From a virus, in IMG/VR virus record IMGVR_UViG_3300044692_000034, positions 32,001-96,000 of that record: a stretch of DNA of 64,000 bases; one strand, given 5' to 3'. The notes beneath the pieces are model-generated. The model was given only the letters and a program-made list of their open reading frames with translations. It was not told the origin of the DNA and searched no databases. This document shows positions 17,409 to 27,537 of this stretch, piece after piece. Made by a program: the position numbers and the translations under genes. Within the stretch, counting starts at the first letter, position 1. The number at the start of each line of letters is the position of its first letter.

Positions 17409-17945
17409 TCAGATGACGCAGACGGACTCGAACTTGCCCTTGCCGCCGTCCGGATTCACGAACACGAGCCCGTGGCAGCGGAGCACACCGTCACGCCCGT
17501 TGACCTTGGACTGCCACGAACATTGCGCGCCACCATCGGACGTCTGCGCGCACCCGTTGATCCTCCACATCATCGCCCACGGCTCATGGTGCTTCGGGCC
17601 ACGGCCGTGAGCGTGGTACTTGTGGCCCCACTGCCTGACGTGCCAGCCGACCTGCTGCTCCGCCTTGTCCATGGCGACGCTCAGGTCGACAACCGGCGGT
17701 TGTGTCTGCGCGAGCGCCGACGAGACGAGCACGCCGCCGGCGACGATGATCATGGCGATCGTGAGGTAGAACACGATCCTTGCCTTCGTACGATTCATGC
17801 TGCTGCCCTTCGTGCGTTGATCCTGGCCTCCAAGTTGCGGCCGCATGGTACGCAGACCGCATAGAAGGTCCCCTCTTCTTCGTCGACGACGATCCTGTGT
17901 GTAGCGACGATTCCGTAGCGACCGACCCAGTCGCACGGCTCGCAT
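17409..17945 (-). CDS. secreted/membrane protein (likely start MNRTKAR near 17800)
   Basis: N-terminal hydrophobic segment IVFYLTIAMIIVAGGVLVSSALA. Confidence 0.5.
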   Translation of the reverse strand: MRAVRLGRSLRNRRYTQDRRRRRRGDLLCGLRTMRPQLGGQDQRTKGSSMNRTKARIVFYLTIAMIIVAGGVLVSSALAQTQPPVVDLSVAMDKAEQQVGWHVRQWGHKYHAHGRGPKHHEPWAMMWRINGCAQTSDGGAQCSWQSKVNGRDGVLRCHGLVFVNPDGGKGKFESVCVI

Positions 17946-18248
17946 GTCACGGTAGGCCCATCGAGTGGTTCGATGTACGGGCCTTCTCGCGGGAACTGGT
18001 CAGGGTCTTCGTCGCCGAACACCATCAGACGGTGTACTCCTGTATCCGCGCCTGCATCGCATTGACCTGCTGCTGCCACCAGTCGAGGTCCTCTCCGGCT
18101 TCGAGTACCGTGAGGATCGTCTCCTTCACGTACGCTGCGACGTGGTCGGCACCGTACAGGCACACAGCCGTGACAAAGAACGCGTCGTCCGTCACGAGCC
18201 TGCGCGAAATCTCAAGCCTGCGTTCGTCTTCTGTTAGCTGCGGCTCGC

Positions 18249-18710
18249 TCATGGACCCTCCGCGTTCGCGATCTCAAGCAGCACGTCCGCATGACAAGGC
18301 AGCGGAGCACACCAGCACACCAAGTGCTTGCCGCGTAGCGTACGCCGCGCCTGCTGTCTCAGGGGCTCTTGGCTGTCGGCAGCCATCCACGCGCGATATT
18401 CCTCAATCGCTCGCTCTCGTGTGAAGAACACACCAAGCGGCTCCTCATACGGCCCGATGTGCTCGCTCGCGACATTGAACGGGTTCCCCCACGATGTGGG
18501 GCGGCCCACGTACACCGCGTCCGGAGGTGCCAGCTCTGCGCCGCTGCGCCTGGACCAGACTCGCGGTGTGGGCGGCTCCGTGGCGCTGCTCATGTGGCAG
18601 CGCGCGCACTCGTAGTGGGCCGGCCGGAGCATGCCCACCGGCCGCCATAGGTGACGGCAGAACGGAGCCGGCGTTGTGTTCATGCCCTTTGGCACCCATT
18701 CGTCGGTCAT
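18249..18710 (-). CDS. DUF4326 domain protein
   Basis: AVYVGRPTSWGNPF...LRGKHLVCWCAPLPCHADVL. Confidence 0.85.
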   Translation of the reverse strand: MTDEWVPKGMNTTPAPFCRHLWRPVGMLRPAHYECARCHMSSATEPPTPRVWSRRSGAELAPPDAVYVGRPTSWGNPFNVASEHIGPYEEPLGVFFTRERAIEEYRAWMAADSQEPLRQQARRTLRGKHLVCWCAPLPCHADVLLEIANAEGP

Positions 18711-19026
18711 GGCCACAGCCTCTCGTAGACCCAACCGGAGAAGTGCTTCCAGCGGAGAGCTAGCCACCGCCGCAGGTCGTACACGTCGTGCTTCAGGTAG
18801 TAGAAGCGGCCGGCGTTGTACGGCTTGATCCCGCGCTCAGCGCCTGACCGCCACATCGACTTCGACCATTGCCGTGGCTGACATGTCCATGATCTTGCCG
18901 TTCGCCTTGTGCACGCACATCTGGGTCTGCCCCGGCTTGATCTCGATCGTCTCGACCTTGCCGCAATTGCGGCACCACATGAACGCGTAGCCGAGCGGCG
19001 GGTCAATAGGAACGCTGCGAGTGATT

Positions 19027-19413
19027 CTAATCACGGCTCTCCAAGCGTATTTCGATTTGGTCGCAGCGGTCGAGCAGCCCGTCTAGCTCTTGGTTCAGGT
19101 GCGCCGATGCCATCACGATGAGCATCTCGTTCGTTGGTAGCTGCTCCCACGGACCGAACCTATCCTCCAGCGCCGAGCCCAGCACACCGAACGTCAGGTA
19201 TGTCGTCTCGTCCAGATACGGGACGCTCGAAGCGCCGCTCACCCGATTTACATCGACCACGACACCGCCGCTGGTGGTGAGCAGCACCACACCTGTCCCG
19301 AACTCGTAGCTGACCGGAGGCACGGGCGGGCTGGTGATTTGGTGCCGGTGCTGTGCGAGCCACTTCGCCGCTTCGGCGCCACAGACAGAGATCTGAATCT
19401 TCTTCTTTTTCAT
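19027..19413 (-). CDS. hypothetical protein
   Basis: Coupled to the helicase. Confidence 0.55.
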   Translation of the reverse strand: MKKKKIQISVCGAEAAKWLAQHRHQITSPPVPPVSYEFGTGVVLLTTSGGVVVDVNRVSGASSVPYLDETTYLTFGVLGSALEDRFGPWEQLPTNEMLIVMASAHLNQELDGLLDRCDQIEIRLESRD

Positions 19414-21143
19414 CGTGCGCGGTGGCGCTTGAGCGCAGCCTCAGCCATGCGCCGCACGCGGTCGCCAACGTCCACGTTCGATGCTGACAACAGGTCGACG
19501 TCGGGGTTCATGATGGGCTCGGCCTGGCCGCGCTTGATCCCGAGCACCTCGAGGACGGTGGGATCGCTGCCGTATTCGCAGTTGAGGTAGTACGCGACCA
19601 CCGGGTCGTTCATGTCCATGCCGTCGCGGTTGAGTCGGCCGATGAGCTGGTCGTGCATTTTCGGTGACCAGTCAAGCTCACCGAAGACAACTACGTGGCA
19701 GACCTCTTGGAGGCCGTCGAGCCCTGCGCCGGCACGCAACGACATGAGCATCAGGCGGCACTCGGGGTCCTCGCGGAACCGCTTGAAGTTCGCGTCCTTC
19801 TGCTTGACGGACTCCGAGCCGGAGAACATGACCGGCTTATGGTCCTTGAGCTTATCGAGCATGATGTCGTAGACGTCGCGGTGCCACAACGCGAGCACAA
19901 CCTTGTCCTCCTCCTCCAGGAGCAGGTCGGTGAACGCAGCGACGTACGGTGCTTTGGCGATGCCGGTCGCGCGACGCATCTGCCAGTCGAGATCACCGCG
20001 TGCTTCGAAGAGTTCTTCGCGGGTGCCGCTGCCGCTGATGATCATGTTGGCGAGCGCGAGCGTCCCATGCGCCTTCAGCTCGGCGTCGAGGACTGACTCG
20101 TTGCAATCGACGATGTGCGGGACGACGACGACGTCCGGCAGTTCTTTGCCGACCTCCTTGCGCGTCCTGGCGAACAAGAGGTTCTCGGCACGTAGGTGCG
20201 ACCCGAGCGCACGCGGGTCGTTCACGATGATCTTGTCGTTTCCGCCCTCGTGGCCCCACGCGTTCTTGAACTCGGAACGTGTGCCGAGCGCGCCCGGCTT
20301 GATGACCTCGTAGATGTTGTGGACCTCGCCGCCGTAGTTGTAGACCGGCGACGCCGTCGCCCCCACGACGAAGAGTGCCTGCTCCGCGACGATCTGCGCC
20401 GCCGTGTACTTGTCGGACTCATCGCGACGGAGCTGCTGCGCCTCGTCGAACACGACGGTGCGCATGATCCCCTTGAGATGACTCGCCCAGCCCTTGAGCT
20501 TGTGGTACGAGCAGATGAGCACTTCGGGGGCGTGCCCGTAGTAGCCGCGAGTCGTCGTAATGTTGTAGACGGAACCCTTCCGGATGATGTGCGAGTTCAC
20601 CATCGGGAAGAATTTCGTGATCTCACGCTGCCACTGGAGTTGGACGTGGACCTCGCAGACGATGAGCATCGGCAACGCTTCGTAGTCGCGCATCGTCAGG
20701 AGCGTGGTGAGCGTCTTACCGAGCCCCACGTCATCACCGAGGATCAGCCGCTTGACCGCGAGGATCATGTCGCTGCCGGTGACCTGGTAGTTGTACGGCT
20801 CCATGACCGGCCAGTGCCCGTTCGGGCTCAGCGACCCGCCAGCAAGGATCTTCTCGACGAGGTCTTGGCCGTCGTCGTACTCGCGGCTGCGTGCCTTGAG
20901 CACCGCACTGTCCTTTTCGGACATGTTCATGGGCCAGCGCATGAGCGCCCACTCGAGGTTCTTGCTGACCTCGGGCGTCTCCGTGAACACGAGCGCGCCG
21001 GTCTTGTTCTGCTTCACCTGCCGGAAGATGCGTTTCATCATCTCGGTCACGTGCGGTGCGCAATTGACCGTCCACGTACCGTTGTGCTCACGGCCGTCGA
21101 CGAGCCCACCCGGTGTGTACTTGACTGTGCCGTACGTCTTCAT
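19410..21143 (-). CDS. SNF2-family helicase/ATPase
   Basis: LGDDVGLGKT, VFDEAQ, ATASP, GAGLDGLQ, ELDWSP..HDQLIGRLNRDG. Confidence 0.92.
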   Translation of the reverse strand: MKTYGTVKYTPGGLVDGREHNGTWTVNCAPHVTEMMKRIFRQVKQNKTGALVFTETPEVSKNLEWALMRWPMNMSEKDSAVLKARSREYDDGQDLVEKILAGGSLSPNGHWPVMEPYNYQVTGSDMILAVKRLILGDDVGLGKTLTTLLTMRDYEALPMLIVCEVHVQLQWQREITKFFPMVNSHIIRKGSVYNITTTRGYYGHAPEVLICSYHKLKGWASHLKGIMRTVVFDEAQQLRRDESDKYTAAQIVAEQALFVVGATASPVYNYGGEVHNIYEVIKPGALGTRSEFKNAWGHEGGNDKIIVNDPRALGSHLRAENLLFARTRKEVGKELPDVVVVPHIVDCNESVLDAELKAHGTLALANMIISGSGTREELFEARGDLDWQMRRATGIAKAPYVAAFTDLLLEEEDKVVLALWHRDVYDIMLDKLKDHKPVMFSGSESVKQKDANFKRFREDPECRLMLMSLRAGAGLDGLQEVCHVVVFGELDWSPKMHDQLIGRLNRDGMDMNDPVVAYYLNCEYGSDPTVLEVLGIKRGQAEPIMNPDVDLLSASNVDVGDRVRRMAEAALKRHRAR

Positions 21144-21508
21144 AGACCCGAGTTCATTAGCTGGTACATGGCAACACGCTTGCCACCCACCGTGCGCGGC
21201 ACGTTGCGGTGAGCGGTCTTGGTGGTAACGAGCATGAGCGCGGAGACTCTAGGAGACTGCGCGTAGCGCGCGAGCTGACGCTGTACATCACGCCACCCGC
21301 CCTTCACCTTGACTTCGACGCCGAGCGAGCCCCACAAGACAAAGTCGATGCGGTCGTGCTCGTTGAGCCTGACCTCCGCCTCATACGGGATGCTGTTGTC
21401 CTCCCACAGCCTGCCGAGTGCTAGCTGCAATAGCCGCTCAGACGTGACCAGGAACCTGGACTTGCCAAGCAGCACATGGACGACATCGATTTGCTCTGCT
21501 GTGGTCAC
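21140..21508 (-). CDS. PD-(D/E)xK restriction-endonuclease-fold protein
   Basis: E...RIDFV...GVEVK...QLARYA. Confidence 0.75.
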   Translation of the reverse strand: MTTAEQIDVVHVLLGKSRFLVTSERLLQLALGRLWEDNSIPYEAEVRLNEHDRIDFVLWGSLGVEVKVKGGWRDVQRQLARYAQSPRVSALMLVTTKTAHRNVPRTVGGKRVAMYQLMNSGL

Positions 21509-21798
21509 TTGCGGTACCGCCGCGACAGCTCGTCGAAGTTGAACTGCTCTTCCATCTCAGGAGTTGGGCAGCCGACCTGGAACGAAATGCCGGTGACCTT
21601 GTTCTCCCACGACACCCAGCGGCGGTCGTCCTCGCCGCCTTCCATGAAGTACTTGCCCTCTTTGGCTTCTTCGACGATGCGGTCGTAGTCCTTTTGAGTC
21701 TTGGCGTACGTGTACACCCTGACCGCATCGAGCGTGCACCCGCGTGGCAAGACCACTGTCGGCTCGTCGCTCACGTGTCCCCCTTCTCCATCGCCCAC
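21505..21798 (-). CDS. hypothetical protein
   Basis: Coupled ORF. Confidence 0.5.
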   Translation of the reverse strand: MGDGEGGHVSDEPTVVLPRGCTLDAVRVYTYAKTQKDYDRIVEEAKEGKYFMEGGEDDRRWVSWENKVTGISFQVGCPTPEMEEQFNFDELSRRYRK

Positions 21799-22136
21799 AA
21801 CGCGTGCGGCTGCACTATGCCACCGTCAGCCCGTTCGTAGGCTCCTGACATGAGCGCGTACTGCATCGGCCGGTCGTGGCAGGGCATGGCCCGCGCAAGC
21901 CTGTGGAAGGCAACGAGCGTGTCGGCCTCCTCGGCGTTCTGTATGAACGGGTTGTCCGGGAACCTGCGCTCGTAGGCTGCCTGCGTCTGCCACGGCTCAC
22001 GCGGCGGCTCCGTGAGCTGCTTGTCCTTGGACCAGTACCGCCGTGGAGAGCTGTCCATAACGTGTAGGGCCATGCCCGCAGCAAACGGCAGACCCCACGG
22101 CTCCCAGCCCCATGCGTTGACTCCGACGGTAGGCAC
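21771..22136 (-). CDS. hypothetical protein
   Basis: ORF in a co-oriented string. Confidence 0.5.
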   Translation of the reverse strand: MPTVGVNAWGWEPWGLPFAAGMALHVMDSSPRRYWSKDKQLTEPPREPWQTQAAYERRFPDNPFIQNAEEADTLVAFHRLARAMPCHDRPMQYALMSGAYERADGGIVQPHALWAMEKGDT

Positions 22137-23227
22137 TACTCGTCGTCTTCGGGCTCTTCGTCGGGCTCGGGTTCGATGAGCTTCTTGGTCGGGTCCGTCT
22201 CCGCAAGGAACTTCGCAACATCCTGATAACGACCGGCGACCTGCGAGAGCACTCCCTTGATCTCGTCCTCTCGTTCGACCTGCTCCTCCATGCGGTCCTC
22301 GTCGACGTAGCCGTCAACGGCATCCTTGACGAGTTGCACGAGGTCGGCAACAGAAAGCGCATCGAGTTCCCATGACTCGTACCCGTACCGTGCCACGTAA
22401 TCGCCGGCTCGTGAGTCGGTCAGCTTGGCGGGGTTGGGCGGCGGGTTGTACTGGCGGACCTGGTCCATGTTGAGCGCGATGCGGTCAACCTCGAAGCTGT
22501 CGGTGAGCGCGCCGGTGTACCAGCCAATGTCGTCCTGGCGACCCTTCGGTCCCTCTAGGCCGAGGTCTTGCGCCACGAACAGCGAGATGCGTTCGTGGAT
22601 GTCGCGGCTCATGTCCACGCCGCTCGGGTCGTGGTCGCCCAGATGGATGATGCGGACCCGCTTGCCCTCGTTGATCTTCTCGCCGATGCGCTGAGCCGCC
22701 GACCACATCTCCGACTGGCTCGTGTACCCACGGCACGAGAAGAACGGCACGTCCAGGTCCGGGCAGGCGTCCTCGAGGACGCCGACGAGTGCGTCCTTCT
22801 CGATCCACGCCTCAAGGTAGTAGTCCTGGTCGGCCCAGCGGTCGACCATGAACTGCTTCGCGGCGGCGCGGAGGAGCGGCTGCGGACCAGACCAATGCGG
22901 GTTTTGTTCGAGGTTGCGCGTGCGGTCGACGAGGTAGTCCCAATCGAGGTAGCCGGCGAGCCTCGCCTCGTTGAGAATCACGCCGAGCTTGTCGTAGTTG
23001 GGGGTCGCGTTCTTGGTGCCGTTCGGGTCCTTGACCCACCGCGTCCCGGTCCACGTGAACGTCCAGTCGTCGGGGAAGAGGTCCTGCGCGACGAACTGGT
23101 AGTAGAGCTGCCGGAGCGTCATGCTGTAACCCTGCGCCGCGTTCTCAGCGCAGATCCGCTCGGCCCAGTAGATGATGTACTGACCCGTCCTCTGGAAAGA
23201 CTTCTCAATGTACTGAACGCGTGCCAC
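22136..23227 (-). CDS. winged-helix + TOPRIM protein (topoisomerase VI-A/Spo11/JetD-like)
   Basis: TLRQLYY (Tyr), EAWIEKDAL, CRGYTS, HLGDHDPSG (DxD), WELDAL. Confidence 0.8.
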   Translation of the reverse strand: MARVQYIEKSFQRTGQYIIYWAERICAENAAQGYSMTLRQLYYQFVAQDLFPDDWTFTWTGTRWVKDPNGTKNATPNYDKLGVILNEARLAGYLDWDYLVDRTRNLEQNPHWSGPQPLLRAAAKQFMVDRWADQDYYLEAWIEKDALVGVLEDACPDLDVPFFSCRGYTSQSEMWSAAQRIGEKINEGKRVRIIHLGDHDPSGVDMSRDIHERISLFVAQDLGLEGPKGRQDDIGWYTGALTDSFEVDRIALNMDQVRQYNPPPNPAKLTDSRAGDYVARYGYESWELDALSVADLVQLVKDAVDGYVDEDRMEEQVEREDEIKGVLSQVAGRYQDVAKFLAETDPTKKLIEPEPDEEPEDDE

Positions 23228-23812
23228 TACTCCCCTCCTCTCCGGCCACCAGTGGCCACGACTCCCATGTCTCGCGGGTCAGTACGTCGAACCCCCCGGC
23301 CGTTGCCGGCATCCACGGCCGGTCCTTACCGAGCCTGAACGCCACGCACACCGCCTGCACGTACGGTACTTCAGGCGGCCACCATGTCTCAACCCCGAGC
23401 CGCCGCATTCCATCGGCACTCTCGCGCACCTCGCCGATGCTGAGCCTGTCTGTGACGGCACTCACGAGACGTAGAAGATGACCGGCAGGCACGGTATAAG
23501 ACAGACGTACACCTTGCCGTTCTCGCCAACGAACACGCCGCACCAGATGTCGCGCCACACGAATTTGACGGTGATGCAGAGCCACGGGCGCAGATACTCG
23601 GCATGCGAGGCAAGAACCTTGTACCGCAGGTCAATCCCTCCGTCGGGAGTGGGTCTGAGCGACAATGGCTCGGCGTCGTCGATGATGTTGATGACGCGTT
23701 TCTTTAGCGGGATCAGTCTCATAGCGGTTTCGTGTTCTCCGGGTGCAGCCACTCGCCGCATTTGCAGATCAGCGTCTCGATGAATTCGCCGACCCAGATC
23801 TTTCTGTTGCAG

Positions 23813-24292
23813 TTAGGACAGCGACGCCACACGGTCTCCTCCTACGCTGTCGTATAGGTCAAGGCTTACGCGCTCGACCCCGTCGTAGGCGTTGAACGAG
23901 ATGCCGCACCACAGCGATGCCTTGCCTCTGATCGGGTACCACCACGAGCCGTCTGTGTCGGCCTTTTGCGTGTCCCAATCCTTCGGCACGCCGTACTTGC
24001 GCCTGACCGAGTCCTTGTTGTCTCGGTCGGTCAGGCTTGCGCATTGGCTCGGGACCATGTACCCGTCGCCTTGCTTGACCTGGACGACGACGTGGCGTAC
24101 CCCGTTCGGTGCCGGCGTGTGCAGTCGATGCGCCGTCACCACGAGAGCACATGCGCACACGACGACCATTGTCACGATGCGTGTCCATGGTTGCCGCCAC
24201 GAGAACGAACTCGCAGACGACTCTGTCTCCCCTTGCATCGGAGACTTCCTCTCTGGCCCCCTGCCGTACAGATCATCCGCACGTCGTGCCAT
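23813..24292 (-). CDS. membrane-anchored hypothetical protein
   Basis: TM segment IVTMVVVCACALVV. Confidence 0.5.
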   Translation of the reverse strand: MARRADDLYGRGPERKSPMQGETESSASSFSWRQPWTRIVTMVVVCACALVVTAHRLHTPAPNGVRHVVVQVKQGDGYMVPSQCASLTDRDNKDSVRRKYGVPKDWDTQKADTDGSWWYPIRGKASLWCGISFNAYDGVERVSLDLYDSVGGDRVASLS

Positions 24293-24711
24293 CAGTTCAC
24301 GAACGTCCTTCCGGCTCTACGGTCCACTTCGTGCTGCTCGTAATGGTCATAGTGCGTCTCCTCGATGCGCTTGAAGTAGCGCTTGAGGTCTTCGACTTCG
24401 GGCCGCTCGAACAACCTGTTGCGGGTGTTGCAACCCGGGCAGATGAACTGGCCCTCGTCCATATGCCAGCGGTCCCCGCCGGTGCACCCGTGCGGACCCT
24501 CGTACCAGTGCGTCTGGATGTACACGAGGTTCTTGACGGCGTACCGCCGGCCGCAAGCGTGGCACATGACCCGAGTCTTACGCTTCGCTTTGTTGACCAG
24601 CGTCCTTATGCGCGACGCCTCGACCTCCGTAGCCCTGAGCTGTTCGAGCAGCCCCTCCAGCTCAGCCGGCGGATACACCTTGGACTTCTTTGGACGTAGC
24701 CGTGTGGCCAT
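24292..24711 (-). CDS. zinc-finger protein
   Basis: CHAC...CPGC. Confidence 0.6.
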   Translation of the reverse strand: MATRLRPKKSKVYPPAELEGLLEQLRATEVEASRIRTLVNKAKRKTRVMCHACGRRYAVKNLVYIQTHWYEGPHGCTGGDRWHMDEGQFICPGCNTRNRLFERPEVEDLKRYFKRIEETHYDHYEQHEVDRRAGRTFVN

Positions 24712-25049
24712 TACTCCAAATCCCCTCCCGGCCCCGGCGGGATACGCCCCTCATCGATGAGCTGCTGCGCCCGTGTCTGCGGCACGAGCGGCGGCAACCC
24801 ACGAGCACGACGCCACGCTTGCTCAGCGTGGTACGCACCCTGAGCCTGTGTCATAAACGGGCCTTTGTGTGGTGGCCGGAGCCCGGACTGCGGCTCCCTG
24901 TCCTGCGGCATGGCCTGGCAGAAGTGGAGCCTGCACCGCTTGCACCGGCCTCCGTCGTTCTGGCCGTGCCAGCAACCGGGGCAGTAGTGCGTACAACCCG
25001 CTTCCTTAGCCTCCTGGAAGCGGGCCATCTTCTCCTGCGTGACCACGAG

Positions 25050-25838
25050 CTACAGCCTGTCCGCCCACGCCTGCCAGACGACCTTCTGGCACAACCGCGA
25101 CGCCTCGGTTGTGTCGACGCGCTCCGGCCATGACTTGGCAGCGATGATCTCCCGCTCCAGAGCGCGAGCCATGTCGAGCGTTCCTTCCAGCTCTTCGGTG
25201 ACCTGGCCGAGAGTCCACTGGCCGCGCTTGATCGCGATGAGCATGTCCGCGTCGTTGCTGGTGCGGTTGACGATGAGCTTCCATGTCTGGAGCAGGTCGA
25301 CGAGCATGTGCGCCAACCGGATCGCATGCGACGCGTTCTTGACGTCGTAACCGAACTCCTCGGCGAGAGCGCGTCGGCGTTCGCCCATGTACGCCTGGTC
25401 GGTCGGCTTGCTCTTCATCTTCGAGACCTGGCCGGCGATGTACCCCATGAACGCCGTGATCGTCTGCTGTGTCATCGTGAACATGCCACGCGACTGGATG
25501 AGCAAGCGCGCCGGCTCGCTCAGAACATCGTAATCGTCGAGCCACAGCATCGTGAGCACGTTCGGGTTGCCCTTGCACAGCAGCCGCACGAACTTCACGA
25601 CATCGTAGATGACGACATCCCATGGGCCGTTCATGACGTTCTTGGTGCCCTGCGAATGCCCGTACGTCTCCAACCCGAAGTAATAGCCGGGCGGCAGCAC
25701 AACGACATCCATCATGTCGATGTCGTCGGTGCCGAAGCGGTCATCGGCCTCCGGCGGGATCGTGGTGCCGTGCGCCTGGCTACCCCGGTATCCCGAGAGG
25801 ATCGCCCACTCAGACGGCTCGTACACGAACTCGGTCAT
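25050..25838 (-). CDS. Pol-beta superfamily nucleotidyltransferase (YcgL/NrdC.11-like)
   Basis: YRGSQAHG...DDIDMM (GS/DxD), LLCKGNPNVL, YDVKNASHAIRL. Confidence 0.85.
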   Translation of the reverse strand: MTEFVYEPSEWAILSGYRGSQAHGTTIPPEADDRFGTDDIDMMDVVVLPPGYYFGLETYGHSQGTKNVMNGPWDVVIYDVVKFVRLLCKGNPNVLTMLWLDDYDVLSEPARLLIQSRGMFTMTQQTITAFMGYIAGQVSKMKSKPTDQAYMGERRRALAEEFGYDVKNASHAIRLAHMLVDLLQTWKLIVNRTSNDADMLIAIKRGQWTLGQVTEELEGTLDMARALEREIIAAKSWPERVDTTEASRLCQKVVWQAWADRL

Positions 25839-25845
25839 GCGTCTC

Positions 25846-26379
25846 CTAGAACGGCACGTGCTGCCGGTTGTGGTCGTTGATCGCATGGCAGGCGCACGCG
25901 CACGGCAACGACCCCATGGGGCCACGCTTCTTGAGGCAATGCTCGTGGTCGCCGCGCACGCAGTCCATCGAATGCATGTCGCGGCCGAGCTGTAGGCGGC
26001 CATGCTGCGGCCCCGGCACCCCACAGTTCGGGCACACATCAACCCAGCCGGCGACCTGTACACGAGGCTGGCACTCGCAGAACCACGGGCCGAGAGTCGG
26101 CGGCTCGTACGGCGGCGTCGTCTCCTCCGCGTACGGCTTCCACCTGTCGTCTCCCGGAGCCGTCTGGATGCGTGTGCCCGGGTGGCTCTGTGTCGCCGGC
26201 ACCGGCTTGCTCCGCATCGTGACCGCGTTGAACGTGAGCTGGTCCCACAGCCGCGTGAACCACTCGACGTCGACGACGAGCGCAGCCGCCTCGGCGGAGT
26301 CTCCCTCGAACCAGTAGACCGCGTTCTCGGTGCTCGCGGCGAGCACCGACCCCGGTGTGCGCTCCTCGTTGTCGCTCAC
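25846..26379 (-). CDS. hypothetical protein, Cys-rich C-terminus
   Basis: ORF track; CxC/CxxC motifs. Confidence 0.5.
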   Translation of the reverse strand: MSDNEERTPGSVLAASTENAVYWFEGDSAEAAALVVDVEWFTRLWDQLTFNAVTMRSKPVPATQSHPGTRIQTAPGDDRWKPYAEETTPPYEPPTLGPWFCECQPRVQVAGWVDVCPNCGVPGPQHGRLQLGRDMHSMDCVRGDHEHCLKKRGPMGSLPCACACHAINDHNRQHVPF

Positions 26380-26831
26380 TGCGCACCCTCCGGGATCTTC
26401 TTCATCAGGTAGTAGTTGAGTGCCGTGTCATCCGCCGGCACCGTAGTCGGCCCCTGGTAGACGTACAGGCAGCCGCGACCGTCGTCGGCGTTGTCCGATG
26501 GGCGAAGGTAGATGTACTCGAACTCGCCCATGCCGACGACGAGGAAGCCTGCAACGCCCGTGCCGTGGTTCACGAATGGGACGTAGTGAACGATGGTGTC
26601 GTCGTGCCCGTACTCGGTGGGCGGAAGCAGCAGCTCGATGCCGGACTCGACCACACGGCCGTTGTCGTTCGGGAAGTAGAGGTACACGTAGCCGGGTGCG
26701 ACAGCGATCGGCACCTTGACGTTCGGGTCGTCGTTGCCATTGGCAGGAGGCGCGCCCATGAAGCAGTCGGAGCCCTCGTGGCGTGCCATGAGTGCCTGCA
26801 CTGACCTGTCGAAGTCGTCGGGGTCGAACAC
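26376..26831 (-). CDS. hypothetical protein
   Basis: Coupled ORF with SD. Confidence 0.55.
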   Translation of the reverse strand: MFDPDDFDRSVQALMARHEGSDCFMGAPPANGNDDPNVKVPIAVAPGYVYLYFPNDNGRVVESGIELLLPPTEYGHDDTIVHYVPFVNHGTGVAGFLVVGMGEFEYIYLRPSDNADDGRGCLYVYQGPTTVPADDTALNYYLMKKIPEGAQ

Positions 26832-27180
26832 TTGCGCTCCTCGTCGGTGGTGGGTATAGCCACCCTAGTGAGTGGCTTAGTTCAAAACAAGCTGGTACGC
26901 ATCGGCTGCGTGTGAGCCTCTATCCACACCTCGACCATGTCAACGTACGATGCTTTGACGTATCTCCTGAGCAGCGCGCCGCCGCACCGAGGGCAGTGAT
27001 AGCCGCGACCGTACATTGGCGTACCCGGTGGCTCGACGTATCCGCAAGGCGGAGAGAGTCTGTGGTCTTCGAACGGATGCGCGAGCCAATAGCCCTCAGC
27101 GAATACTCCCTGACAGACGTAGGCACCACGTATGTACGTCCTGCCGGCCAACGGAGGAAGCCAATGGGTCTGTCTTTCGT

Positions 27181-27537
27181 TCATCGTCGTACCCTCGCGT
27201 GTGGGTCGACCTCGGCATGGTGCTTGTCGCAAAGCAGCATGTCAGGCATGCCGCCCTTGCCGTGGTGCGCCTGGAGCATGCCCGCGTCTCGCACCGGACA
27301 GCGCGTGCCCTGCGGCAAGTCCACAAACACCGTGAGCCCACCAACCGCAGCGCACTGACCCCCGTACAGAGCAAGCATGCGGCGTCTGAAGTCGTCCTGC
27401 TCCCGCCGCTGCCTGCCCTTAGACCAGTGCGCCCCAGCCGGACGGGGCTGAGGCGCACTCGGTTGACACAGACCGCAGTAGCGGTCGCCCTGCGGGATCG
27501 GGCGCGAGCAGTTCTTGCACGTCCCGAAGATCGTCAT
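27181..27537 (-). CDS. HNH-like endonuclease with zinc ribbon
   Basis: CKNC...CGLC, LQAHH...LLCDKHHAEVD. Confidence 0.65.
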   Translation of the reverse strand: MTIFGTCKNCSRPIPQGDRYCGLCQPSAPQPRPAGAHWSKGRQRREQDDFRRRMLALYGGQCAAVGGLTVFVDLPQGTRCPVRDAGMLQAHHGKGGMPDMLLCDKHHAEVDPHARVRR

